Shown piece after piece: positions 40,648 through 55,839 of a DNA stretch of 64,000 nucleotides; the stretch's first letter is position 1, and each line of letters starts with the position of its first letter. Position numbers and translations under genes: made by a program. Origin of the DNA: Eledone cirrhosa (lineage: Eukaryota); contig OZ024740.1 of the NCBI GenBank assembly GCA_964016885.1, forward strand, positions 118,110,001 through 118,174,000, in the 5' to 3' direction. The notes beneath the pieces are model-generated. The model was not told the origin of the DNA and did not search any database. It saw only the letters and a list, made by a program, of their open reading frames with translations.

Positions 40648-41533
40648 TTCTGCTCTCTTCACTGTATCACCTTATATTTATTTTTAAGTTGAGATTGATT
40701 ATAACACAAACACATTTTGTTTGATTATCTTATTTTAACATCTTGTTCCTCATACCAATCTATCCAACATATTTCTGACCTTGAGATTGGTTATAGCACA
40801 CACACACTTTATCCTACTTTATTTGAATCTTCATTTTATTTTTCACTTCTCCATATTAATTTTCATTACTTTTTCACCAATTTTTCATTTATTCTTTATT
40901 CTTTATTCTCTATTTATTATTTATTTTCTGTTTTCTTCATTTATTGCCTTATATTTCTTTATATACATGGAATACCCCCCCCCCCCACACACCACCACCA
41001 CTATGAAAGATGGTGGCTGGCGGGATGAAGAAAAAACACACACATACTTCTAAATTGTCAGCAGCAGCAAGACATAAGCTCACCACAACACCAACAACAC
41101 TACCGAAATAATGGTAGAGGTCAAATGTACTTAACAATAGCAAACACAAACACCACACGGAGCCTCACCCCAGAAAGAATTCTATAGACTTCTGACCGAG
41201 GAATTCTCTCAAAACTGACCAATGGGAAGTTTGACCCTTTTTTGTTATTTTGTTCCTTTACCACCTTGTTCCTTTACCACCTTGTTCCTTCTACCAGTTT
41301 ATCAATTTTTTAAGCTAACTCCAACAATAACAACACTTAGAATGAGGAATGTTCTAACAACTGACCAATGAGAGGAGAAGAGGCCCTTTGACACTGAAAT
41401 TCGTTTGTTTGAATTCATATGATTCCAGTTCCTCAGTGAAATAACAACCCAACCAGGAACTGGGCATATCAGAGTATTGACAAAATTATACACCTCAACA
41501 ACATATGTACTTGTCTATACCACACTAATTCGG

Positions 41534-41588
41534 ACTGCCTGAAGAGGTCACAGCCAAAGATAGCTGTCACTGAAATATATATAGCAGT
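41534..41588 (+). ncRNA. Intact minimal type I hammerhead ribozyme, family H (repeat 41418-41640)
   Basis: ACTGC-CTGAAGA-GGT C ACAGC CAAAGATA GCTGT C ACT-GAAA-T ATAT A-TA-GCAGT, followed immediately by AATAAA. Confidence 0.8.
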
Positions 41589-41962
41589 AATAAACGAAGC
41601 TAAATTTTAAACATTTGACTTTTTATTTAACTTTATTTTACATTACTCCGGAGTAACCAAACCAACCTGCGCACTTCGTCGAGTGCTCCAGCCTGCATAC
41701 TGAGGTGTTGGTATACAACCAACATATACTCAAAATTTCTATATATATGTGTGTGTGTGTATCCTTTATTAAAGCCAGGTTTGAGTTTTGTTACTTTGGA
41801 GTTTCTCTTGAATACTCACGATGTCATTAGATACGACTAAACTATGAGCGGAGCAAGAGACAGTATATATTAAAATCTATAAAAGAAAATGGAGAATAGG
41901 AATAGTTTCGACGGAGTAGAAAAGGATAAGGAACTAGAGATAACGTCCGACATGTTCGTAAT

Positions 41963-42321
41963 AATAATTGTTTCTACTTTTGGCACAAGGCCAACAATTA
42001 TCTCAGTGCATTACTGGTACTGTGTTTTATTACCCCATGAGGATGAAAGGCAAAATTAACTTCGGCAGGATTTGAACTCAGACCACAAAGGGTCGTAACT
42101 CAATGCTGGAAAGCATGGTGCCAAACCCTCAATCGATACTGCCAATGCACTGTCGTAATAATTGTTTCTACTTTTGGCACAAGGCCAGCAATTACCCAGT
42201 GCATTACTGGTACTTTATTTTATCGACCCCTTAAGGATGAAAGCCAAAGTTAACCTCGGCGGGATTTGAACTCAGAATGGCAAGCGCCGTAACTCTATGC
42301 GTCAAAGCATGGTGTCCGACT
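41963..42321 (-). mobile_element. Two tandem Meta-domain SINEs
   Basis: Copies at about 41963-42155 and 42158-42321. Confidence 0.85.
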
Positions 42322-43184
42322 AATGGTTCAGAGATATAGTCAAAGCGAGAGACAAAGAAAAGAAATAAAAGAAAAAGGAAATGGAAAAAATAACTTGTCA
42401 GTTCTCCTTAATCCGCAGATATACAATGATCTTTATAAAACAAAATAGCGACAATGAATAGAGAAACCCTTAGAGAACACACATGTAACCAAATATATCT
42501 TTATGAAATTGCACCAACCATAATATTTGTTCTTTCAACAACGTATGTATTTCTAAAGCATTAGTTTATCGATAAATGCCTCACTTAATTTGCTCAGCAA
42601 CACTAAACATACGTTAAAAATAGCGGCTTTCTTTTTTATAAATACAACTAGATAAACGCGACACTAGTTTTACGCAGTTGAATGCGTTACGTAACTTGTT
42701 TGTGCAACTAATCAAATCTCAATATAATAATGGCTAATCCTATTGGATTTATTTGCCAATACGATTCGTATATATATATCGTCAGGTCGTTTCTATATTT
42801 GAATTGTTATCATAATCCGTAGCGGGAAAGCCAAAATTATTATTTTAATAAAATATACACTCTTTATTTACGCATTCTGTGAGGTGCTTCTTCATTTATA
42901 AACACAAACATCGACTATTCAATATACATATAGAGTTGTTTTCATATTTAGAGGTTTATTATGGGTCTATTTCTAACTTCAGTTTTAACCCAGGCTTTCG
43001 CGTCAGACCTACTGCTTTAAAGCTAATTGCACATGAAATTCTATTTATACTATATTTGTTGAGAGACGCCTTTGCTGTCTAGACATAACAACAAAAGGTA
43101 CTTGTATTTCTTATAAAAGCCATAAGGTAAGTTTTAAGTCATTGCTTACTGATGAGTTTACGGCTATTAATATATTAATCTCTC

Positions 43185-43474
<290 letters not shown>

Positions 43475-43539
43475 TAGACACATATATGTATACACAGACA
43501 CACACATACACACACATATATATATATATATATTCTCTT

Positions 43540-44280
43540 TCTCTTCTTGCTCTTGCTTGATGAGACTGGAGCTATCCTAGGTTAACGATTCCAAAGGCAC
43601 CATCGTGAGTAGAGCCGAGCAGGTCTACCAGTGTCCTCTATCACTGGTGTCCCGAGGCAGCACCTCTACATCCTCCAAGGTGACATTGACCCTCAGATCT
43701 TCCTTGATGATATCCAACCATCTGGTGCGGAGTATGCCACGAGTCCTCTTCCAGTCTGTAGCTGTTGTGTCGAATGAGAGAAAGGCCCTAGCAGGATGAT
43801 CCGGCGAGAGGCGAAGAAGATTCCTGTACAATCGCATACCGTGGATGGCTATGAGGCGGGAGACTGCAAGCTGATACGTGCGCGCACGCAACCTTCGTTG
43901 ATGGTACCATCTGATGTTCTCGATGGCAATCAGGGCTCTGCTATCGAAGCCGTCGATCCTCTTTGCCAGGATCTTTGTGAGAGGGCCATATTTCTACTCC
44001 ACAGATGAGAACGAAGGGGAGGGCTGCGTTGTAGATACGGAGCTTTGTATTTCGGGAGATAGAGCAGTGGCGCCAAATGGGCTTCCATAGGGAGTGCATG
44101 ATCTTGGTGGCCCAACCACATCTGCTGATTCCTCCCTGTATATAGTCAATGCGTCCTTATATAGCCAACACGTACTTCAAGTCGATAAGGTAGTAGTTCC
44201 CGAACGTAACTCCAGAAACTCTCTCGGAGATATTGATCATCAGGTTGTCACATTTGAAAAAAATCGGAGGCAGTGATGCA
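43540..44280 (-). pseudogene. RTE-type LINE C-terminal RT/thumb remnant
   Basis: DHPARAFL...WKRTRGILRTRWLDIIKEDL...DRGHW followed by a CAAG-repeat tail. Confidence 0.7.
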
Positions 44281-44721
44281 ACCTTGCCTGACCCCGCTGT
44301 TGTGACGGAAGCAGTCGGAGCTCTACCCGTTCACCCGCAAGCAAGTTAGAAGAGCGTTAACAATATATCGTCTTACTAGTAAACTATATTCAATTTATAC
44401 TATACATTTTTCTACGAAAATACGTGTGATTTCTTTATATATTTTCTAAACTACAATAGTATATTATCAACATTGACATAATGAGTGGCATCGTTCTCTC
44501 TCTTCTCTGTCATTTGATGCACTTGGGATACATTTTCGTCTTTATTTGTATAATACGCTAAAAGGCATAACCTGTCCCGTCTTTGTATCTACCTAATATG
44601 CTACGCGTCAATGTGCACCGTAATCAATAGTATCAACCTTAATGAATCAAAACTATAGTGATATGCAGAATTTGACTGAGAGGGAACTGTCCTGTGGGCC
44701 ATCGTATTTTGAATATTATTC

Positions 44722-44774
<53 letters not shown>

Positions 44775-45562
44775 ACCAAAGCAATTGACGTAAATTTTAA
44801 AAGTATTGAAATTTGCAATGCGATCAAATATTCTTATGGCCATTTCCATTGGAACACACGCATTACTAATTTAACAATGATTCTTAAGTACCGCCTTGTT
44901 CTCCGCGCATATTTTATTTGTTATATTTATATGTAACTGTTAAAGAGGCGCATCTATGTATTTATCCAAAGAATGAAACGAGTTTTCGTTTTACCATTTA
45001 AGGCAACTGTTTAGCGGATAGCATTCATTATTAGAAAGGAAACAAAAATATGCCGCCGTACTGACGCTAAACACACACACACACACAGACACACAAACAC
45101 ATACACGCACACACACACATACACACACATATGTGTGTGTGCGTGTACGCATATATGTGTGTATGTATAAATCTATAAACCGGAAGTAAATCCAACGGAA
45201 ATATCCACAGACATGTATCAGTGTATTATACATCGTTCCGTTTATGCATGGATGCATGCATTTGTGTATAAATGTATGTATTTATGCATGTATGTATGCA
45301 TGTATGTATACATGGATGTATGAGAGTATGTATGCATGAATGTAAAAATGTATGTATGAGTGTATGCCTGAATGTATGAGTATATGAGTATGAATAGAGA
45401 AATATATATAGAGAGAAAGAGAGACACAATGAATGGAAAGAAGTGGTGACATGAGATTTGAGGCTATTAGAATTTACAGATAAAATAAACTGGATTGTGC
45501 TGGATCGAGATATGATGTGTTATAATCTTCCCAACACCGATGCTCCGCCAGAAAATATATCT

Positions 45563-45963
<401 letters not shown>

Positions 45964-45983
45964 AAATATATTCTTACACTTCT

Positions 45984-46097
<114 letters not shown>

Positions 46098-46584
46098 GAG
46101 GGGGGAGAGAGAGAGAGAAGTGTAACACATTTTAAAATACTGATAATATGTTAGAAATAATGTGTGTGGTTTTGTATTTCAGGGAATATAAAAAAAACAG
46201 GCAACGTACATTAAAAAAGAACTGATAGCATACAATATAATGCACTTGTATACATACACTTACATTTGGAGGAATCCATTTTAAAACATTGGTATAAACA
46301 GCTGATTATATCTAGATATTCAATGAGGGGAAGGGATCTGGTTTCTTACATTCAGGCTTTATTTGGATAGATCGTTATTGTAGTATCTATTATTGGATTT
46401 TCTGTATATCTTGAGTTTTTATTGATGCATGGATATTGAAATATATATAGATTTCCTGTAGCATATATATATATATATATCATTAACATCATGTTCATGT
46501 CAAGTGATCTGATTGATTCTAGTATTGAATAATACTCTATAACATAGCATTATATATACATATGTATATACTTACATATATATA

Positions 46585-46721
<137 letters not shown>

Positions 46722-46755
46722 ATATATATATATATATATATATACCTATATATAT

Positions 46756-46788
<33 letters not shown>

Positions 46789-47894
46789 CACATATATATA
46801 TATATACACATATATCTATATATACATACACACACTTGTCTTTGTTATGCATTTTCCTGTTCCCTTTTTTTCCCTTTTGTTAATATTGTGGTTCCTACTA
46901 TTGCTAATATTTATATTGTTATTGGTATTGTTTCTCTTGTGTATCTTGACGTTAAAATATATGTTGATGTATTTTCTGATGTTTTTCATATTGTTGATTC
47001 ACTACCATTTATTGTTACCATTGGTTATTTATTTTTGTGCTTTTATAGTATATTCTTGATGCCTTGTATTTGATGTAACCGCAATATATAGTAGTATTTT
47101 GAAGTGTTTAAAATAAAATGATGTTAACGGTGATGCATGCGTGCTGCATTTAGTAAAAGAATAAAAAAGAAACTCGCAGAAAATGCTTCACTCTTACAAT
47201 TACACAAGAATAAACCATATACATTGAGGGAAGGGATATAGGGGGAAGAGATCAACATTGATTTGTGTTTCTGTTTCAATTTCGGAATGAATAAGGCCAT
47301 AGAGCATTACATCCCTTTTTAAATAGCATATGTGTGTGTGTGTATGTGTGTGTTTAGGTTTATGCTTACATGGATGTTCCTGCATTAACGTATGCGTGTA
47401 TTTATATGGGCGTGTATTTTCACCTTTCATGTTTTACATCGGGTTCATGCATTTCACATCTTTGCATGAGCAGGATGTAAATCTGCATTTTCTTGCAATA
47501 ACTACTATTTCAGCTGACTTCTGATCCAATTGGGAGTTACATAAATAATATGTAGCAACATACATGGCTGCAATCAAACAAGTTGACTGAATCCAGAAAA
47601 ATAAGGTGACTTACTTTAAAGCAGAAAGCAACGGCAATACAAAGGGCTGAAGCCTAAATACAGAGGATGCATCCAGACATTTAACTTCATAATAAAAATA
47701 AATGGATTAATGTATTTCATTATACGCCTGTATATACAGAACAGAAGGGAACCAAAGAGAAATAATTCTATTACATCATGCAAAGAGGCTATTTAAAAGA
47801 AGAGCGGTGGTATATTAAAATCTGACTCTTACAGAACTAATCCTATAAGAGTCAATTCGTAATGTATGTATGTATATATATATATGTGTGTGTG

Positions 47895-47957
<63 letters not shown>

Positions 47958-48440
47958 ATGTAGGTATGTATGCATGTATGATGGGAACATATGTGTCTGC
48001 GAGTGTAACCAATTTCCGAAGCATGGAGATTTGGCCGTTAGCGAGCAAATGCCTGGGAAACGATACTGTATACTTTGGTGTTTCCTCCGCCAAACACAAC
48101 TCACGCCATACAAATAAGCCATCCGCTATTTCAATGGATAATTAAAACGAAAGACAGTATTTTATGTTTAATATTAGATGAGACCTGTATATAGGAACGT
48201 GTCAAAGTACTGTACTTTAATCTCTGATTTAAAGAGAAATTCTATATAATTTGCTACTGTTGTCCAAATCAAAATAAGAATACAAATTGAAGTAATTCTC
48301 AGCTGCTAATAGAACCCGAAGATTTTCTCAGTAATTTAAGGTAGGCCTCATATATATATATACAAATAAAATACAGAGTTATTAACTCATATTGATACCT
48401 GGTAATTAACAAGCTCAAAGTATAAATACTGAGAATTATT

Positions 48441-48615
48441 GGTGGATTGGCAGTATCGGTAGAGAGTTGGACGCCATGCTTTCCAGCAGAGTTACGTCCC
48501 TTTAGGATCTGAGTTCAAATCCCGCCGAGGTTGACTTTGCCTTTCATCCTTACTTTGTCGATAACATAAAGTACCAGAAATGCACTGGGTAGTTGCTGGC
48601 CTTGTGCCTAAAGTA
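48441..48615 (+). mobile_element. Meta-domain SINE
   Basis: Consensus match. Confidence 0.85.
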
Positions 48616-48849
48616 TATAATAATATATGTATATAATAACATATGTAGAAATAAACACAGAGAATTCTGTGTCTAAAATTACGAGGGTAGATTATACCAC
48701 AAATGTTTTATATATTAAATCTAAATCATACAGTGATATATATAATTTATACAGACCGTATCAATAACTATTTCATCTCTCGGACAGATTAGAGATTTAA
48801 TCTGTTTCGTCCAGAAAATTGTGTTTGCAACAGATAATCTGTTACAAAC

Positions 48850-48899
<50 letters not shown>

Positions 48900-49027
48900 T
48901 AGCCGCCGAAACGGCTTGAGCTCAGCCGTCGGGGTCCTACTCGTTCCTATTACCCACTCTACTACCCTAAGTATCGAGTACTTTGGTGCGTTATGGTCCA
49001 CCTGGTTCCTTACCACATTTCCTCCGT

Positions 49028-49068
<41 letters not shown>

Positions 49069-49189
49069 ATATTTGAGAAAGAAGCTAAAAGAGAAACACT
49101 ATGTTTATAAATACCTACATACATACAGACATATATATATATATATATATGTGTGTGTGTATGTGTGTGTGTATATATATACACACACA

Positions 49190-49840
49190 GAGAGGATAGC
49201 AACAAGGGGAGAGAAAAGAGACAGATCACAACGGAGAAGTATGTATATATACATATATATATGAAGTATGATTTAACGAATGTTCATTTTAAAATGTTTA
49301 TATTGTATATCGATCGTTACATATGTTTCATAAACGATTGCCTGATATTCGCATCGATCTGATAGACCTGACTCCAGCATTGATCTTGTGTCGGGTTTAT
49401 TACATCCATTAGGATTTCGTGCCAATCATCTGCAAAATATATATAACGGTCGATATACAATAAAAACATTTTAAAGTGAACCTTTGTTGTATCATACTTC
49501 ATATATACACAGCTATATCATTGAGACCTCACATTGGTGTCAAGTCCAGGAATCAAATATATATATATATATATATTTGACCGTTATATATATTTTGCAG
49601 ATGATTGGCACGAAATCCTAATGGATGTAATAAACCCGACACTAGATCAATGCTGGAGTCAGGTCTATCAGATCGATGCGGATATCAGGCAATCGTTTAT
49701 GAAACATATGTAACGATCGATATACAATATAAACATTTTAAAATGAACATTCGTTATATCATACTTCATATATATATGTATATATACATACTTCTCCGTT
49801 GTGATCCGTCTCTTTTCTCTCCCCTTGTTGCTATCCTCTT
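49190..49840. repeat. Nested inverted repeats
   Basis: 49190-49452 inverts 49577-49840 almost perfectly; an older diverged inversion pairs 49255-49345 with 49420-49508. Confidence 0.88.
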
Positions 49841-50639
49841 TCTTCCCCTTCTCTCATTCTCCCTCTTACTTTTTCTCATCCCCTCTGCTAGTCACCTTCT
49901 CTCGGCTAGCCTGCCACTATAACTGTCTCTTTCTCGCTTCCTCTTACTTTCACGCACTCCCTCTATGCTATGAGTTGTTAACTTGATATTTTTCATATTT
50001 TTCCTCTCTTAGAATATTTTTTGTTGTTGCTATTCATGGAGGTACGTTTTGGGTACAGTTCTGATGGCTATGGTTAACTTTTTACTCTATGCTCAGTGTA
50101 GTATGGTATGAGAATTTAGATCAGGATTAGGTGTTTGACAATGTGTTCACGGATATCATTAAACTGGAATCATTTTGTTCGCGTTTAATATAGGACAATA
50201 GGATATATATCAATTACGGTTACACGCACACACACACACACACACATGTATATATATATATAAGTTTGCGTGCGTGTGTGTGTTTGAATGTGTATGTTTG
50301 CACACGTGTGTGCATGTGTAACCACTATAGTTTGAATTTAGATTCTATCTCTCAACATTGTTATATTGTTGATCACCCTAGTAACTTTGTAAACAGCACA
50401 ACATTCCCCATCTATCTCTTTATGTTTATGTATTACCCTCTTTCTCTTTCTATCACTCTCTATTCCTTTTCCCATCTCTATCCCTTAGTTTGTCTTCTTC
50501 TCTCTCTCTCTCTCTTTGATAGATAGAAACAGTTACTTATCGGGAGAAAATCATTATTGTTATATACGCATTGAATTCTTAAGCAGTAATCATTATGTGC
50601 ATTAACTCCAATTTATGTTTAACATAAGCACCCCCCCCC

Positions 50640-50699
<60 letters not shown>

Positions 50700-50724
50700 T
50701 ACTAATAACACATAAATATAGTTC

Positions 50725-50766
<42 letters not shown>

Positions 50767-50797
50767 GGGCGGTGGATATATATATATATATATATAA

Positions 50798-51199
50798 AGG
50801 GCGGTGGATTGGCAGTATCGGTAAGGGTCGGACGCCATGCTTTGAAGCATAGAGTTACCTCCCTTTATGATCTGAGTTCAAATCCCGCCGAGGTTAACTT
50901 TGCCTTTCATCCTTACGGGGTCGATAAAATAAAGTACCAGTAATGCACTGGAATAATTGCTGGCCTTGTGCCAAAAGTAGAAACAATTATATATATATAT
51001 ATATATAAGGGCGGTGGATTGGCAGTATCGGTAGAGAGTCGAACGCAATGCTTTCCAGCATAGTTACGTCCCTTTACGGTCTGAGTTCAAATCCCGCCGA
51101 GGTTCACTTTGCCTTTCATCCTTACGGGGTCAATAAAATAAAGTACCAGTAAATTACTGGGTATTTGCTGGCCTTGTGCCAAAAAAGTAGAAACAATTA
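50798..51199 (+). mobile_element. Two tandem full-length Meta-domain SINEs separated by (TA)n
   Basis: GGGCGGTGGATTGGCAGTATCGG starts at 50798 and 51008; an aborted 5' end GGGCGGTGGAT lies at 50767. Confidence 0.9.
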
Positions 51200-51839
51200 T
51201 ATATATATATATATATAGATACACATACAAATATACATACATACATACATATATATATGCCTGTGTGGATATGTGCATATATGTATGTATGTATCTATGT
51301 ATGTATGTATGTAGGCATCCGGTTATGTATGTTTGTATAAATTTGTGTATGCGTGTGTGTATGTGTGTGCGTATGTGTACAGACATATGCAGTGACACGG
51401 AACCCACCTCACATCATGTTCACGTACTTAGTCCTACATAAATGCACACACAGACAGAGATTCAATATATTTCTATACATGAAATGGGCACACGCATGTA
51501 CATTAATAAGCAAACACCTATGAAAGGCACAGTATGCACCAAAAATCACGGTTGAGTGAACATCGGTGGTGCATTAAAATAAGTGCATAATTGAAATTGT
51601 GACACCAACCATTTCTAATTGAAGAATACCGATCTATGCAAACTGCATTCAATAGAGGTTATGCAATAAAACATATCAACCGGTAAAAGGCTGCACAACG
51701 CAATTTTTTCTGCACATTGATGTATAGATATATGGCACTATATGTTTATGTGTATTTAGAGAGCAATATTGGTTTATACACACACAGACATACACATATA
51801 TATATATATACATATGTATATTTACACACACACACACAC

Positions 51840-51918
<79 letters not shown>

Positions 51919-52270
51919 CATATATACATATATATATATATACATATATACATATATATATATATATACGTATATATATAACACACATATATATATATAT
52001 ATATAACACACATATATATATATATACGTATATATGTAACGCATATATATATATATGCACACACACACACGCACACACACAGAGACACTCACACACACAA
52101 ACACATATATATATATATATATAAATTTATACCAACAGACACACACATACCAACAGATATTTGAATATATTAAAAGTGGAAGAGAAAAGAAACAATTGGA
52201 AAATGCTCAAAGCACAAATATCACAATTTCACTAAGCATACATGCAGTAATATTTACAGGAAGCACACCA

Positions 52271-52368
<98 letters not shown>

Positions 52369-52697
52369 TTGTTTACACAAAGCCACACACGGAAAGTCAA
52401 AAATACATTCATACTTACACCAAAAAAAACTTCATATATAAATTTACATTGGCTGGTATAATTTGACACCATTTTCGGTTGATTCATTCCTTTGAAGTTT
52501 TAGCTGCTATAGCATTTTTGTATGTTTAATGCACATTTTTACTCTGGGTAGGCAGATGGTTTTTGTAACATCTGAATATGTAATTTCTTCATATTTCTTA
52601 TTAATGTAAATAACAATTATAATAATAGTCGATCACTATGAAGAATAGTTAGGAAAATTGAGTAAATTAAGACATTGTGAAGGAAAATAAGGGATAG

Positions 52698-52768
52698 GCG
52701 CCTACGTGGAATTGAAGCTGCATATCTCGGATGCTGAACGGATGCATTAACCACTACCCTACGTGAGA
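52698..52768 (-). pseudogene. Degenerate tRNA-like sequence (possibly tRNA-Ala-derived SINE head)
   Basis: Minus CACGTAGGGTAGTGGTTAATGCATCCGTTCAGCAT...GCAGCTTCAATTCC has A- and B-box-like segments; cloverleaf imperfect. Confidence 0.35.
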
Positions 52769-52980
52769 TGTTAACAGAGGAAAATAGAGAAAAATAAATT
52801 TTATTTGCTAAAAAAAATTATATCTTCGATACCGATGTTACCCATATGTTTATTGTACTATATCTAAATGTATAATATATGTTTTTATATGCTTTTATAT
52901 ACATCTCTATACACACGCACACACACACGTACACACACACTACACCCCCCCCCCCCACACACACACACACATATACACCA

Positions 52981-53174
52981 AGGGCGGTATATTGGCAGTG
53001 TCTGTAGTGTCAACAACATGTTTCATGGCATATAGTTACCTCTTTTACGTTCTGAGTTCAAATTCTGCCGAGTTTAGCTTTTTCTTTCATCATTAAAGAG
53101 TTGATAAAATAAAGTGCCAGTAATGTACTGGGTCGAATTAAACTGTTGGCCTTTTGCCTAAATCAGAAACCATT
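52981..53174 (+). mobile_element. Diverged Meta-domain SINE
   Basis: Consensus match. Confidence 0.75.
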
Positions 53175-54107
53175 TATTGATTGCTCCCTGTCATGACAAT
53201 AATTGTTTCTACTTTTGGCACAAGGCCATAAATTACCCAGTGCATTACTGGTACTTTATTTTATCGACATGACAATAATGTTTCATATTTATAGCTAGGT
53301 AAATGTAGCTAGTGGCAGTTTTGTATATTCGTCATAGAGACAACAGTTTAATAGCAATAGAATATGAATGTGTCGGTCAATAGTTCAGCGATTTATTTCT
53401 CTTAGCATAAACTATGAAACTAACAGTGCACCTTTATTCCGCTTGTTTTATTTGCCCATCCCTCAAATGATCTGTATGTAGCAGAGGGTTTAGATTGTTG
53501 AACTGTGATAACTGATTCATGAAAGTAAATTAGAAAAATAAATATATAATTGTACTCTATTCCCCATTACAAAATCACTATATCTCTAACCCCCCGCCCC
53601 CCTCCATCACCACCACCACAAACACCACCACCACTACTATCCTATGTAATTTAAACAACTTGAACACTTACAGATTGGTAAACTAATTTCTTCTTTTCTC
53701 CATTATCTCCATCCACTGTAACATTCCACCCCCTCTATAACAGAATCTATGGTAAAATCAAATCGATAAAGAATAGAATCATATACCAATTTACTTTCAG
53801 CCATTAAACTATCATACTACTCGTATCAAGCTTTCCTTCATTCACTTCTCTTAAACAACATTAATCCTATCATCTAATTTATGATGAATCAATCTTAATT
53901 AGCTGAAAGGTTTTGCTTTATATACTGTTCATTTCCAATTGAGAATCTTTCATTTCATTCTTCATATAGTTTAGGGGATCTCATACAGATTATTATGAGG
54001 CCACAATCATTATAAGAGACAAACTTAGATAATATGTGTACATACTTACATGAGAATATATATGTTTACATGTATATACATATATGTGTGTGTGTGTGTG
54101 TGTACAC

Positions 54108-54141
<34 letters not shown>

Positions 54142-54961
54142 TATAAAGAGTCGGGACCCCGACAGCTGAGCTCTTGCCGTTTCAAAAGCTAGTTCCAGGC
54201 TATACGAATTTGTTCACCTGTGCATTTGTATGTATATATGTATGTGTGTATAAGTGTGCGAATGTGAGAAAGTACGCGTATCTATACGTGTAAAATACTC
54301 ACTTTTACATGACCATTACTCCTGAGTTTAGAAGAAGAAAGCAATCAATACAGAAGTAATGAGTAAATATTTATCGTAGAGGCGAGCTAACACTTTCTCA
54401 TTTTGATAACTAGGACTAATCACTCTGTAAGGCTTCTGACCTGAAATTATAGATTTTAATATAATTTTTCTACTGTTACCCCAATGACATCTGATATTCA
54501 GAACTTGTCTACTTACATATAGCTCTTTGTTCCTTTTTCAGACACCTCTCTCTCACTCTCCCTCTTTGTTTCCCTCTTTCTCTCTCTCTCCACCCCCTCC
54601 CCTCTCTGTCTCTCACGCGTATATTTTCTCAAAGATTTTCCGTTCCCTCCTCTTCTCTCAGTCGATATTCATATTTCATCTTTTATTTATCATTCTATCT
54701 CCTGAGGAAGGATATTAAGACTATTTTCCTACTACATCAAGCATTAAACTAATATATTCCTACGTTGTATATTGTTATTTCTCTTTATATTTTGCACATA
54801 TATATATAAAAAAGAAATAGGATTTCGTTTCAAGCATAGCTTTATACAATATGTATGAATATTACGTATCTCCAAAGAAATACAGTTTTAGGAAGCCGTA
54901 GCTATGCAAACACTGGGGGGCTAACGTCCTCTGGTGATGTCCAGCAGAAGCAAGGGGGGCA

Positions 54962-55005
54962 ACCGTCTATGCATTTCAGCCTTAACTGGCCTTCGTCAGG
55001 ACGGT
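54962..55005 (-). ncRNA. Minimal type I hammerhead, family J
   Basis: Minus: ACCGTC-CTGACGA-AGGC CAGTTAA GGCT-GAAA-TGCA-TA-GACGGT with one stem II mismatch. Confidence 0.75.
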
Positions 55006-55232
55006 CTCTCCCACCGCTTGCGACTGCTGGACTAGAAGACAGCTGAGAATATATACTTTTCTCGTCTGTGTAAATGAGTTGATTAATCTCATTTGCATAT
55101 GACGCTGCATAAATTGACTCAACTTATAATAAAAAAGAAATAGGATTTCGCTTCAAGCATAGCTTTATACAATATTTGAAGCGAATCCTATTTCTTTTTT
55201 ATTATAAGTTGAGCCAATTTATGCAGCTTCAT

Positions 55233-55281
55233 ATGCAAATGAGATTAATCACTTCATTTACACAGACGAAAAAACTATATA
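55233..55281 (+). promoter_or_regulatory. Octamer + TATA cassette upstream of the HHR (putative snRNA-type promoter)
   Basis: ATGCAAAT 55233-55240 and TATATA 55276-55281; repeated at 55561/55604 and inverted at 55091-55098. Confidence 0.45.
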
Positions 55282-55322
55282 TTCTCAGCTGTCTTCTAGT
55301 CCAGCAGTCGCAAGCGGTGGGA

Positions 55323-55375
55323 GGGACCGTCCTGACGAAGGCCAGTTAAGCCTGAAATGCATAGACAGTTGTCCC
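55323..55375 (+). ncRNA. Minimal type I hammerhead, family J
   Basis: GGGACCGTC-CTGACGA-AGGC CAGTTAA GCCT-GAAA-TGCA-TA-GACAGTTGTCCC. Confidence 0.8.
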
Positions 55376-55650
55376 CTTGCTTCTGCTGGACATCACCAGA
55401 GACCTTAACCCCCCCCCCCCCGGTGTTTGCATAGCTACGGCTTCCTAAAACTGTATTTCTTTGGAGACACGTAATATTTATACATATTGTATAAAGCTAT
55501 GCTTGAAGCGAAATCCTATTTTTTTTTTATTATAAGTTGAGCCAACTTATGCAGCTTCATATGCAAATGAGATTAATCACCCCATTTACACAGACGAGAA
55601 AAGTATATATTCTCAGCTGTCATCTAGTCCAGCAGTCGCAAGCGGTGAGT

Positions 55651-55703
55651 GGGACCGTCCTGACGAAGGCCAGTTATGCCTGAAATGCATAGACGGTTGT
55701 CCC
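55651..55703 (+). ncRNA. Intact minimal type I hammerhead, family J
   Basis: ACCGTC-CTGACGA-AGGC CAGTTAT GCCT-GAAA-TGCA-TA-GACGGT; 6-bp stem I, 4-bp stem II, palindromic TGCA loop 3. Confidence 0.85.
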
Positions 55704-55802
55704 CCTTGCATCTGCTGGACATCACCAGAGGGTGTTAGCCCCCCGGTGTTTGCATAGCTACGGCTTCCTAAAACTGTATTTCTTTGGAGATACGAAATAT
55801 TT

Positions 55803-55839
<37 letters not shown>

